Origin: an uncultured virus (IMG/VR IMGVR_UViG_3300031673_000024)
Taxonomy: Duplodnaviria; Heunggongvirae; Uroviricota; Caudoviricetes
IMG/VR virus record: IMGVR_UViG_3300031673_000024
Length of the DNA: 20,000 nucleotides
Strand: one strand, 5' to 3'
The notes beneath the pieces were generated by a model that saw nothing but the letters and a program-made list of their open reading frames with translations, made no database searches and was not told the origin of the DNA. Both the position numbers and the translations under genes were made by a program. This document shows, in pieces, positions 1 through 7,924 of the stretch (its first letter is position 1; every line of letters begins with the position of its first letter).

Positions 1-42
1 GCGGAGAGCGGCAGCAGCGGCCTTACGAGCACGGTTGTCCAT
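1..42 (-). CDS. 5' end of a hypothetical protein running off the window (MDNRARKAAAAALR...)
   Basis: ATG at 42 follows AAGGAAAG just after the TAA of the 55..756 gene. The frame is open to the window edge, and the N-terminus resembles that of the 15904..16554 protein (MDRQTKLHVAKALLAAA). Not in the ORF track. Confidence 0.65.
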   Translation of the reverse strand, partial: MDNRARKAAAAALR

Positions 43-54
43 TGGTGTCTTTCC

Positions 55-756
55 TTACGCTTGCACGCAGATGTGATAGCCCACGGTCATTTCCGCCATC
101 TTGGCGAACGCTGGGTGGTTGGCCCTTGCAAACAAGAGTGTGTTTCCGAGAAGACCTGGGGTAGAAGAAGGGGCATTGAGTACCCGACAGAAGACCCCTA
201 CCTCGCCAAGCTCCATATCATCGACGGTGCCATCTGGCGATTCCAGACGTCCATGAAAGTCGATAGCTCTGGGGTTGGGGTTGAGGACACACGCCTCACG
301 CAGTTCCCAATTCAACGGGCCTGCATCCGCCGCCGTGAGTAGTGGGTTGTGGATGACCACGTCGGTGGCCGAGGTCCATGAGGAGATGACCCAGGTGCCA
401 TTGGCGTTGGGGTCGCCGGACCCGTAGATGCGGAGCCATCGCTTGTTGATGGAGGACGGGATGGCAGCAAGCCCAGAAACAGCTACCAGACCGTCTGAGC
501 CGGTTGGTGTGATGGCTGCGGCTGCTCCCGAGGTACCGACACGCCCGAGGTACCGCGTCCCTCCGACGGGCGCTGAGAGCGCCTGAAGACCGAAGTCAGC
601 ATCCAACGCCACGTCCGGGTTGAGCACTTCGTAGCCATCGGTGCCGACCTGGAAGCTCCAATCGCCAATGACGATACCACCATCAGCCTCACCCCGGGCG
701 CGGTACTCTCGCGCAAGATCGGTGAGCCCCGCGCTGATCGACTGGATGATGGGCAC
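55..756 (-). CDS. Putative tail-collar/baseplate-associated virion protein (resembles phage tail-fibre N-terminal DUF3751-type domain) with an inserted beta-rich domain
   Basis: 233 aa, GTG start with GAGG RBS. N-terminal 'GLTDLAREYRA...FQVGTDG' and C-terminal 'ELGEVGVF...LLFARANHPAFAK' match the pattern of P2 gpH-like N-terminal domains (IREIGLF...LIAVAN.P..YK). Recognised by eye. Confidence 0.55.
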   Translation of the reverse strand: MPIIQSISAGLTDLAREYRARGEADGGIVIGDWSFQVGTDGYEVLNPDVALDADFGLQALSAPVGGTRYLGRVGTSGAAAAITPTGSDGLVAVSGLAAIPSSINKRWLRIYGSGDPNANGTWVISSWTSATDVVIHNPLLTAADAGPLNWELREACVLNPNPRAIDFHGRLESPDGTVDDMELGEVGVFCRVLNAPSSTPGLLGNTLLFARANHPAFAKMAEMTVGYHICVQA

Positions 757-768
757 AAGCAGCCTCGC

Positions 769-1782
769 TCAGTAGATGGTCTTCTTGGGCAGCGGGCTCA
801 AGGCGATGTTCTTCGTCGATCCGTCAGGCATCGACAGCGAGATGCTCCTCACCTCGAAGTAGAAACCATCACGGAAGCGGTCTGCAACATGGGCGTCCAG
901 GCGACGACGCTTGTCCTCTGGGATCTCATTCGAGACGTAGGCCCACGTAACATGAGGGACAAACGAGTCTTGATGGGCAACCACGACACCCTCACGCTCA
1001 AGGGACAGACGAAGCATCCGGTGAAGGCGCTCAAGCTCACCACGAGGCTCTGATCGAGCAGGAAGCCAAAGCGCCTTCTCTCCAGCCTCACCCTCACCGA
1101 AGTCGCGGAGCCCGGTGTTCGGATCGACGTACACACGGAAGGGAGGGATCGTCTTCGCCGCCGCACGCACGCGATACAGGATCTCCGACTGCTCGCCGGG
1201 GCTGTAATCCTTGTCCCCAACGAACAACATCGTGATGTGCGGCTCGTCGCCGTGGTTGTGTACCGCAGCGTCGGGGAAGCGGGAAGCGTACTTCTTCGGA
1301 AGCGGGATGCCGACCCACGTCGTCTTGTGCTTCTGGGAGGAAACCGCACCTGTTGCGAAGATAGCCTGGTTCGCACGGTTCAGGGCGCGCGTAGCCTGCT
1401 GAGCCGGGTCTTCGTCAACAGACGCATGACGACGGACGCCCTTCTCCACAAGCTCCTTCTTCTTCTTTGAGATGGAAGCGAACTTCTCGACGCCCTTCTC
1501 GGTCAAGCGGTAGCGGGACGTGGCGTGGCGCGTCATCTTGATGAGGCCGTCATCTTCGAGAGCGGTGAGGACTTCCTGCGGGAAGGTGTCCGGGTACTTG
1601 CCGCTCTTGCCTGCCCAGTAAAGCTGGGTCAGCACCTTGTTCTTCTGCTTCTGCGAGACGCTCGCTGCCGAAACCTGACGAGCAACTGCCTCTATGGCAG
1701 CGGAGACGTCACTGGGCATCGAGGCATCGGACAGTCTCTTGGCGAGAGCATTGATCCGAGCAGAGAGCGAGGTGTCAGCCAT
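769..1782 (-). CDS. 2H phosphoesterase (2'-5' RNA ligase/LigT/Acb1-like fold) with a ~150-aa N-terminal extension
   Basis: 337 aa. Two HxT motifs in hydrophobic context (EPHITMLFVG, FVPHVTWAYV) about 95 aa apart. The N-terminal part is helical and contains a winged-helix-like 'LEDDGLIK...YRLTEKG'. GAGG RBS. Confidence 0.85.
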   Translation of the reverse strand: MADTSLSARINALAKRLSDASMPSDVSAAIEAVARQVSAASVSQKQKNKVLTQLYWAGKSGKYPDTFPQEVLTALEDDGLIKMTRHATSRYRLTEKGVEKFASISKKKKELVEKGVRRHASVDEDPAQQATRALNRANQAIFATGAVSSQKHKTTWVGIPLPKKYASRFPDAAVHNHGDEPHITMLFVGDKDYSPGEQSEILYRVRAAAKTIPPFRVYVDPNTGLRDFGEGEAGEKALWLPARSEPRGELERLHRMLRLSLEREGVVVAHQDSFVPHVTWAYVSNEIPEDKRRRLDAHVADRFRDGFYFEVRSISLSMPDGSTKNIALSPLPKKTIY

Positions 1783-1785
1783 GCC

Positions 1786-2001
1786 TCAGTGTGGCTTGGC
1801 GATGTTGTCGCGGGCGCTGTTCTTGACGTTCTGCACCATCGAGGCCGCAGCCACAAGACCATGCGCGATCAACACGATCGAGGTGAGAAACACCTTGTTC
1901 GCCATCGCCATCATGCGGTAACTCGTAGGGCATCCCTGCCGTCGTGCGCTTGGTACGCCTCTAAGATGGGATGTCTCTGCATGACCATGTTCGTCACTCA
2001 C
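1786..2001 (-). CDS. Small hypothetical protein with one hydrophobic segment (possible holin-like/lysis accessory)
   Basis: 71 aa. Fills the gap between the amidase (GTGAGTGA start/stop overlap) and the 2H gene. Hydrophobic run VFLTSIVLIAHGLVAAASMV. The start could be a later ATG. Confidence 0.45.
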   Translation of the reverse strand: MSDEHGHAETSHLRGVPSARRQGCPTSYRMMAMANKVFLTSIVLIAHGLVAAASMVQNVKNSARDNIAKPH

Positions 2002-2818
2002 TAGGCTTGATAACGCGCTCGATCATCGACATCTGCTCGTCGTAATCGTAGTGCCACTCTGGGTTCTCTTCCGCCTCGGCGTTATCACCTCGCGAGTCAC
2101 CAAGCGAGGCAATCTCATCGTCATCATCATCAGGGTCATCGGCGTCAGCCAACGCTGGAGGGATCATCTCCTCCGTACCGAAGACCTCGTTCAGCACGTA
2201 ATCGTGCGGCCAGAGAGGACCCGGGTCGCTCTTCCGGTGAGGAGACACGTCGGAGTGGAAGCAGATATCCTTTGCCTGGATGATTGGGTACGAATCGACG
2301 ATTCGCTTGAGAACCTCGATGTTAGCCGCTACCAACTTGTCGCTGTAGGGCTCCCAGTAGCGCATGACGCCGAAATGGTCTGCTGCTCGCTCCGGCTTCG
2401 GGCCACTGTACTTTCTACCAGGGACGAAACCCGCCGTCGTCTTGGCAGGTAGGTAGAAGTCGTTACCTGACTGTAGCAGCCAGCCAACGTTGCAGTTCTC
2501 GATGCCGATCGTGAACTGGTTGACGTTCGTCGGTTGGGAAATGCCACGCGGCCAGAACCCCTTCCCCTGCTTCTCCCCCGCGTGGAACGCCCTGTCCGCG
2601 AAGCTCACCATCTGTACGACGTGGCCGTTTCGGAAGATGAATACGTGCGCAGAGTTCTTTGACTCCGGTGTACCCATCCACTTGACGAGCCCTCCCTCCG
2701 AGGCTGATGCGGTGTAGTGCTGCACCACGCCAGATACGGGCCACTCCGCCTTGCGTCCTGCCCAGAAACTCTTGCTGGGGATGACCTCGGCACCAGGGAT
2801 GTCAGGGAGGAAGCTCAT
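1994..2818 (-). CDS. N-acetylmuramoyl-L-alanine amidase (Amidase_2, AmpD/T7-lysozyme-like), probable endolysin
   Basis: 274 aa. Motifs VVQHYTA, SAHVFI.RNG.VVQMV, AFHAG, NQFTIGIEN and ICFHSDVSPHRKSDPG provide the Zn ligands H, H, D and the catalytic E. Acidic C-terminal tail. GGAG RBS. Confidence 0.92.
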   Translation of the reverse strand: MSFLPDIPGAEVIPSKSFWAGRKAEWPVSGVVQHYTASASEGGLVKWMGTPESKNSAHVFIFRNGHVVQMVSFADRAFHAGEKQGKGFWPRGISQPTNVNQFTIGIENCNVGWLLQSGNDFYLPAKTTAGFVPGRKYSGPKPERAADHFGVMRYWEPYSDKLVAANIEVLKRIVDSYPIIQAKDICFHSDVSPHRKSDPGPLWPHDYVLNEVFGTEEMIPPALADADDPDDDDDEIASLGDSRGDNAEAEENPEWHYDYDEQMSMIERVIKPSE

Positions 2819-2821
2819 GGA

Positions 2822-3094
2822 CTACTCCGGGTAGTAGCGAACGACGGCTGCGGACAGGGTGCTGCCATCACCATGTATAAAGACATGCGCTTCCATGTGG
2901 TCCTCGTGCTCCGAAACGGCGCCGATACCGAACTCTCCCGCAGGCACATACGTCGGAGTGAACCGCCCATGCTTATCGAGTAGACGAACCAGTGGGTAGC
3001 GGACCTGCTGAAGATGGAACCGCGCGTGACCGTGGTTCGCGCCCGAGGCGGCGAAGGTATCCGCAAGAGCGTCGATCAATTGTGTAACGTTCAC
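2822..3094 (-). CDS. Hypothetical protein (90 aa)
   Basis: GTG start overlaps the TGA of the upstream 57-aa ORF (GTGA). Its stop lies 3 nt before the amidase ATG, consistent with operon packing. Confidence 0.65.
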   Translation of the reverse strand: MNVTQLIDALADTFAASGANHGHARFHLQQVRYPLVRLLDKHGRFTPTYVPAGEFGIGAVSEHEDHMEAHVFIHGDGSTLSAAVVRYYPE

Positions 3095-3264
3095 TTCATC
3101 TCGTCTTCCGAGGCAGACATAACGTAGCCATCTACGACCACGTACAAGTCCTCGAAGGTGGGTAGTCTACTGACAGTGTGGGATTGAGGAGCGTTAAGCT
3201 CCTCACGATCGAGGTGAGAGGGATGTGCCTGGGTAAAGAGGTCGTCTTCGTGGTTGGCCGGCAT
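3091..3264 (-). CDS. Small acidic hypothetical protein (57 aa, MPANHEDDLFTQAHPSHLDREELNAPQSHTVSRLPTFEDLYVVVDGYVMSASEDEMK)
   Basis: Translated by hand; below the ORF-track cutoff. ATG lies 3 nt after the GGDEF stop, with AAGGG upstream. Its TGA overlaps the next GTG, so it exactly fills the gap. Confidence 0.65.
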   Translation of the reverse strand: MPANHEDDLFTQAHPSHLDREELNAPQSHTVSRLPTFEDLYVVVDGYVMSASEDEMK

Positions 3265-3267
3265 AAG

Positions 3268-4101
3268 TCAGCCCTTCTTTTGTGAGTACATCCGCTTATC
3301 TGCCTGTAAGAGCAGGGTGTCGATGTCGTTACCGTCTTCGGGGAAGGTGGCTACGCCACACGAAACACCCACCGAAACATCAACATCTCCTACCGCAATT
3401 GGCCTCCCAATGACAGCGCGAATACGCGACGCTATGACCTCCGCCTCGCTTACGCTTCGGAGCATGGACAAGAAGACCAAGAACTCATCGCCCGCGAACC
3501 TGGAGACAGTATCTGTCTGGCGAACAGTCTCCCTAAGGCGTAGCGCTACTGATCGCAGAACGGCATCACCCACGGCGTGCCCATAAGTGTCATTGATGGG
3601 CTTAAAACTGTCGAGGTCCAGGAAGAGGATAGCAGCGCCACGTTGCTCACGTCCTGCTTGGGCCAGTCCTTGCTGGACTCGATCCATGAACAGGTGCCTG
3701 TTGGGCAACCCCGTAACCGCGTCGTAGTGAGCCCTATGCGCTAGCTCTGCTTCTCTCGTCTTGTCCTCGGTAACGTCTCGTCCGATGAGGATCGCTTCAT
3801 TGTCGCCTACGCATGGCGTAGCGCTCAAGGACAGCCATAGCGAATCACCACCATTCGTCTGAAAGTGCCGGGTGCCACGAAGGGCAGCCCCCGTACTGTC
3901 GGCACGCACGGCTACAGCTTCCTCAGGATGCATGAGGTCGAGAAGAGAACCTCCCTCAATCTTGTCGTTCCCAAATAGGTAACGGAACATCGGGTTAACC
4001 TTGCGCAGCAGGTAGCCACGCAGGTCGACGATAGCCATAGGGTCTGCCGCCAGCTCAAATAGGAGACCGAGCCTATCTTCCTGTCCAATAATTATCGGCA
4101 C
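3268..4101 (-). CDS. PAS-GGDEF diguanylate cyclase
   Basis: 277 aa. PAS-like N-terminus (DPMAIVDLRG...VNPMF...LMHPEE...WLSLSATP...GRDVTEDK). GGDEF hallmarks: AHYDAVTGLPNR, FLDLDSFKPINDTYGHAVGDAVL, I-site RQTD, A-site RFAGDEF, VSCGVATFP and ADKRMY. Confidence 0.95.
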   Translation of the reverse strand: MPIIIGQEDRLGLLFELAADPMAIVDLRGYLLRKVNPMFRYLFGNDKIEGGSLLDLMHPEEAVAVRADSTGAALRGTRHFQTNGGDSLWLSLSATPCVGDNEAILIGRDVTEDKTREAELAHRAHYDAVTGLPNRHLFMDRVQQGLAQAGREQRGAAILFLDLDSFKPINDTYGHAVGDAVLRSVALRLRETVRQTDTVSRFAGDEFLVFLSMLRSVSEAEVIASRIRAVIGRPIAVGDVDVSVGVSCGVATFPEDGNDIDTLLLQADKRMYSQKKG

Positions 4102-4150
4102 AAGTAGGACCCCACTACCATCAGCGTGCCGTTAATGGGGAATACTATAC

Positions 4151-4183
4151 GGAGAAAGCCGGGAGTACGACCCGGCTTTCTCC
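4151..4183 (-). terminator. 13-bp perfect hairpin downstream of nrdJ, probable intrinsic terminator
   Basis: GGAGAAAGCCGGG-agtacga-CCCGGCTTTCTCC, 21 nt after the nrdJ stop. The U-tract is short. Confidence 0.6.
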
Positions 4184-4204
4184 TTACTTACACTGAGCTG
4201 TAGG

Positions 4205-6862
4205 TCAGCCGCAGCCGGTTGTGTCCCCGCAGTTGTCGCACTTGTGGCACGAACCTGCACGAACAGTCATGTGACCACAAGCAAGGCATGGAGGACCAGA
4301 AACAACCCGCCGACCCTCGCGCACTGGGACACTGGGTTTGGCAACAGAGGCGGAAGGTGATCCGGGCTCTGCGGTGGTCCTCATCTCGACGATCCTCGCA
4401 ATGTAGTCGAGCAGCGACGTAGCCGAGGGAACATCCGGGTTGCCCGTGAACCCAGCAGGCTCGAACGAGGTGTGCTTGAACTTCTCAGTGAGGGTGTCCA
4501 CAGGGATACCCCACTGAATCGCAATCGAGAACAGCGTCGCCCAGCCGTCGAGGAGACCGTTGAGAGTCGATCCCTGCTTGGAGACGTTCACGAACACTTC
4601 ACCAAGCTGTCCGTCCGGGTAGTACCCGAGCGTCAGGTAGCCGTTATGCCCGTTGAGTCCGAACTTGTGTACGGATGCCATACGGTCGTTAGGCATCGGA
4701 CGGCGGTGAAGCTCCCCAGCCGCCACAGAACGCGGAGCGGTCTCCGCGTCGACGTTGAGAGGCTGGCTCTCCTTGCAGCCGTCACGGTAGATGGCAATCG
4801 CCTTCAAGCCCATGCGCCACGCTTCCATGTACATCTGCTTGACGTCCTCCACCGTGGACTCGCTGGGCATGTTCACGGTCTTGCTGATAGCGCCAGACAA
4901 GAAAGGCTGACAGGCAGCCATCATGTTCACATGACCCATAGCCGAGATCGACCTATCACCGCGTTTAGGCTTGAGGGAGCAGTCGAAAACCGCCAGGTCC
5001 TTGTCCTTGATATGCGGAGAACCCTCGATGGTGTCGTTCGCTTCGATGTACGCGATGATGTCAGCCACATTCTCGGCGGAGTAGCCGATGTTACGCAAGG
5101 CCATACCCACGCCCTGGTTGACGATCTTCATGCTCCCGCCGCCGACGAGCTTCTTGTACTTGACGAGGGCGAGGTCAGGCTCGATGCCGGTTGTGTCGCA
5201 ATCCATCATGAACGAGATCGTGCCTGTCGGAGCGAGAACACTGGCCTGCGCGTTGCGCATTCCAGTGCTATTGGCGTACGTGATGGCAGCCTCCCACTCA
5301 TCATGGGCCTCGGTGAAGATGTCCGAGAACATGGAACGGCTGGCGTGGTCGTCGTTTGCTGCCAGATGCATCTTCAGCACTTCCGTCATCGGCTCCCGAT
5401 TGCGGAAGAAGCCCTCGAAAGCCCCGACCTTCTCGGCGATCTGACCACTCATCCGGTAAGAGGTAGCAGACATGAGCGAGGTGATCGATCCAGCTAGGTC
5501 ACGACCCTTGGTGCTGTTGTAGGGCAGACCGAGAGACATGAGCAGGGCTCCCAGGTTGGCGAAGCCGATACCCAATGTGCGGTACTTCTTCGCCTCTCTG
5601 GTGATGTTCTCCGTGGGGAAGCCCGAGAAGGAGATGAGCGTCTCCTGCGCGAGAATAGTAAACTCCACACCAGCCTTGAAGGCGTCGACGTCGAACGCCC
5701 CATCATCCTTACGGAACTTCATCAAGTTAAGAGAAGCAAGGTTACATGCCGAGTTGTCGAGGAACATGAACTCCGAACATGGGTTCGATGCCACGATCTG
5801 ACCGTCCGCCGAGCACGTGTGCCACTCGTTCACGGTATCGTGAAACTGGAGGCCAGGGTCGCCACATGCCCAAGCAGCCTCAGCAATCTTGCCGAAAAGA
5901 TCGCGTGCATTGACCATACGGGCTACGCCACCATCAGGCACACGCGACTTGAGGCCCCAAGAGGACCCCTCCTCGACCGCCTTCATAAAGGCGTCGCTGA
6001 TACGAACCGAGTTGTTAGCGTTCTGCCAAGGAGCGAGGTCGTAGGCACCGCCTTCCTTGTTGAACTCGGGAGAGAAGCCAGCGGCGATGAGAGCCTGGAC
6101 AACCTTCTCGGCCTCCACCTTCGTCATCACGAACGCTTCAATGTCTGGGTGGTCGTCGTTCATGACGAGCATCTTGGCTGCGCGTCGCGTCTTGCCTCCC
6201 GACTTGATCGCAGCGGCGCTGCGGTCCCATCCCAAGGCAAACGACAGCGGCCCGGAGGCGTAGCCGCCGCCCGACAGTCGGGCGTTCTTCTCGCGGATGC
6301 GGGAGATGTTCACCCCTGCCCCGGAACCCTTGCGGAAGACGTAGCCTTCTTCGGTGGCGAGGTTGAGGATCGACTCCATTGTGTCGTCGACACTCAGGAT
6401 GAAGCAGGCGCTCGACTGCGGGTTCTCTTCTGCCCCGACGTTGAACCAGACAGGCGAGTTGAACGCCATCATCTGGTTGAGGCACATGAAGCGAAGCTCG
6501 TCTTCGAGAATCTTCCCAGCATCATCGGACAGATACCGGTTCTCTACGGCTGCGGTGGCGATGGTGACGACGACGCGGTCGATCAGTTGACGGACAGAGG
6601 ACTCGCGCTTCTCCCCGTGGCCACGGAAATACTTGGAGGCGACGATGTTCGTAGCGTTCTGCGACCAGAACTTGGGTACCTCGACACCGTACTGCTCGAA
6701 GATGATCTCCCCGTCGAGGTCCTTCATGACGACGTCGCGCATCTCCCATTCGACCTCGTCGTAGGGTGATGTCGTCGTAGTGAAGTAGCGCTTGAGGGGG
6801 AGCCGCTTGGCTTTGACAGAAGTAGAAGAAGTGGGAACAGTAGCCGTAGCGGCGTCCAACAT
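4205..6862 (-). CDS. nrdJ: Adenosylcobalamin (B12)-dependent class II ribonucleotide reductase
   Basis: 885 aa. Motifs WSQNATNIVASKYF, FNSPVWFN, PQSSACFI, KSGGKTRRAAKM, active-site ASNPCSEF, ACNLASLNL, APTGTIS and GAISKTVNMP. C-terminal TSCPD-type domain and Zn ribbon ending CLACG...CHKCDNCGDTTGCG. GAGGG RBS. Confidence 0.96.
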   Translation of the reverse strand: MLDAATATVPTSSTSVKAKRLPLKRYFTTTTSPYDEVEWEMRDVVMKDLDGEIIFEQYGVEVPKFWSQNATNIVASKYFRGHGEKRESSVRQLIDRVVVTIATAAVENRYLSDDAGKILEDELRFMCLNQMMAFNSPVWFNVGAEENPQSSACFILSVDDTMESILNLATEEGYVFRKGSGAGVNISRIREKNARLSGGGYASGPLSFALGWDRSAAAIKSGGKTRRAAKMLVMNDDHPDIEAFVMTKVEAEKVVQALIAAGFSPEFNKEGGAYDLAPWQNANNSVRISDAFMKAVEEGSSWGLKSRVPDGGVARMVNARDLFGKIAEAAWACGDPGLQFHDTVNEWHTCSADGQIVASNPCSEFMFLDNSACNLASLNLMKFRKDDGAFDVDAFKAGVEFTILAQETLISFSGFPTENITREAKKYRTLGIGFANLGALLMSLGLPYNSTKGRDLAGSITSLMSATSYRMSGQIAEKVGAFEGFFRNREPMTEVLKMHLAANDDHASRSMFSDIFTEAHDEWEAAITYANSTGMRNAQASVLAPTGTISFMMDCDTTGIEPDLALVKYKKLVGGGSMKIVNQGVGMALRNIGYSAENVADIIAYIEANDTIEGSPHIKDKDLAVFDCSLKPKRGDRSISAMGHVNMMAACQPFLSGAISKTVNMPSESTVEDVKQMYMEAWRMGLKAIAIYRDGCKESQPLNVDAETAPRSVAAGELHRRPMPNDRMASVHKFGLNGHNGYLTLGYYPDGQLGEVFVNVSKQGSTLNGLLDGWATLFSIAIQWGIPVDTLTEKFKHTSFEPAGFTGNPDVPSATSLLDYIARIVEMRTTAEPGSPSASVAKPSVPVREGRRVVSGPPCLACGHMTVRAGSCHKCDNCGDTTGCG

Positions 6863-6959
6863 AGAAGCACCCTCGTGTTTGGTCGTGATGTGGTGGGGCG
6901 GCGGACGCCGCGCGTAGAGACAGAGTGATCGTCGACGAGAAGAGAGGCCCGAGGAGACC

Positions 6960-7916
6960 TTACGCCTTCTTTTGGGTCTTCTTCTTAGCCTTAGCCTTCG
7001 CTGGCTTACTCTTGAATCTTCTCTTCTTCGGAGCCGACAATTCGTCTTCGGGCGGAAGCTCGCTTATGAACACACAGTTGCGGTGCGGAGGAAAGATGGC
7101 GGTGAAGTACAGGAAGTCGCCGCTGTAGAGCTTGAGGTTGAACTCGTTGACTGCCTGACCCACGCGGTAGTCAACGTCCTCGTTCTCACACAGCTTTCGG
7201 TAGGCACGGGCCATCGTCAGCCCAACATCAGAGCCCGCAAGGTCCAGCGCGGTGCTCCATATGTCCTTTGCCTCGTCAGGCAGCTTCTTGGTCACGGCGC
7301 TCGTGACCTTGAGCCTCGTCGTAATCCGGAATAGAAACCTGATGTACGCATCAATCACGATAGAGAAGGGGAGGGGGCTCTCGGTTTCGTCTAGGATGCG
7401 CTTGACCTCGGCCATCATCCGCTGCGCTCCGGACACAGGAGCGACCTCTGGGATGGGCATCCTGCTGGTCGACTCCAATACCGACGGGCGTCTCTTTCCT
7501 AGAGCGGCGGTGAGCTTTGCAGCTAGAGGGAAAGGGCTTGCGGGACTGGGCAGCGCGACGGTCTCGTTCATCTCTGCCGGTGTTAGATGCCTGGGGGTAG
7601 GGATGCCATCCTCCACCTCAACATCAACGACCTCGAACCCCTCCGTGCTCCTCTTGAGCGTGTGGAGGTTTTGCAAGTCGTCAAATACGAAGATCGAGTC
7701 GAACCTGTCGTAGTCCTTCGCTACACGGTGCAGGGAAGACGCCCCCAGGAGGAGCAGCACGGACTTGCGCCCGTCTCCCTCCACTTCACTCATGAACTTC
7801 ATGTACTGAGCTAGGACACGCGGGGTATCTGCGTACACAACCGGACGCCAACGAACAGGGTCGACCATCGACATCACAGCGATCGGGTTCGTGAAGGAAA
7901 AACCGACAAATGCCAT
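6960..7916 (-). CDS. Hypothetical protein with Lys-rich C-terminal tail
   Basis: 318 aa, co-oriented, 8 nt after the upstream stop, GAGG RBS. Ends KKRRFKSKPAKAKAKKKTQKKA. No family recognised. Confidence 0.75.
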   Translation of the reverse strand: MAFVGFSFTNPIAVMSMVDPVRWRPVVYADTPRVLAQYMKFMSEVEGDGRKSVLLLLGASSLHRVAKDYDRFDSIFVFDDLQNLHTLKRSTEGFEVVDVEVEDGIPTPRHLTPAEMNETVALPSPASPFPLAAKLTAALGKRRPSVLESTSRMPIPEVAPVSGAQRMMAEVKRILDETESPLPFSIVIDAYIRFLFRITTRLKVTSAVTKKLPDEAKDIWSTALDLAGSDVGLTMARAYRKLCENEDVDYRVGQAVNEFNLKLYSGDFLYFTAIFPPHRNCVFISELPPEDELSAPKKRRFKSKPAKAKAKKKTQKKA

Positions 7917-7924
7917 ACAGAACC

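Noticed and set aside
3540..3620. Hypr-type GGDEF (3',3'-cGAMP synthase)
   Set aside because: The specificity position in GHAVGD is Asp, as in canonical c-di-GMP cyclases, not the Ser/Thr of Hypr enzymes.
4472..6769. Plus-strand ORFs of 341 and 316 aa
   Set aside because: Entirely antisense to the well-supported nrdJ.
4205..6959. Intein/intron in nrdJ or a cobalamin riboswitch upstream
   Set aside because: Motif spacing is uninterrupted with no intein termini. The 97-nt upstream gap is short and lacks a recognisable B12 box.
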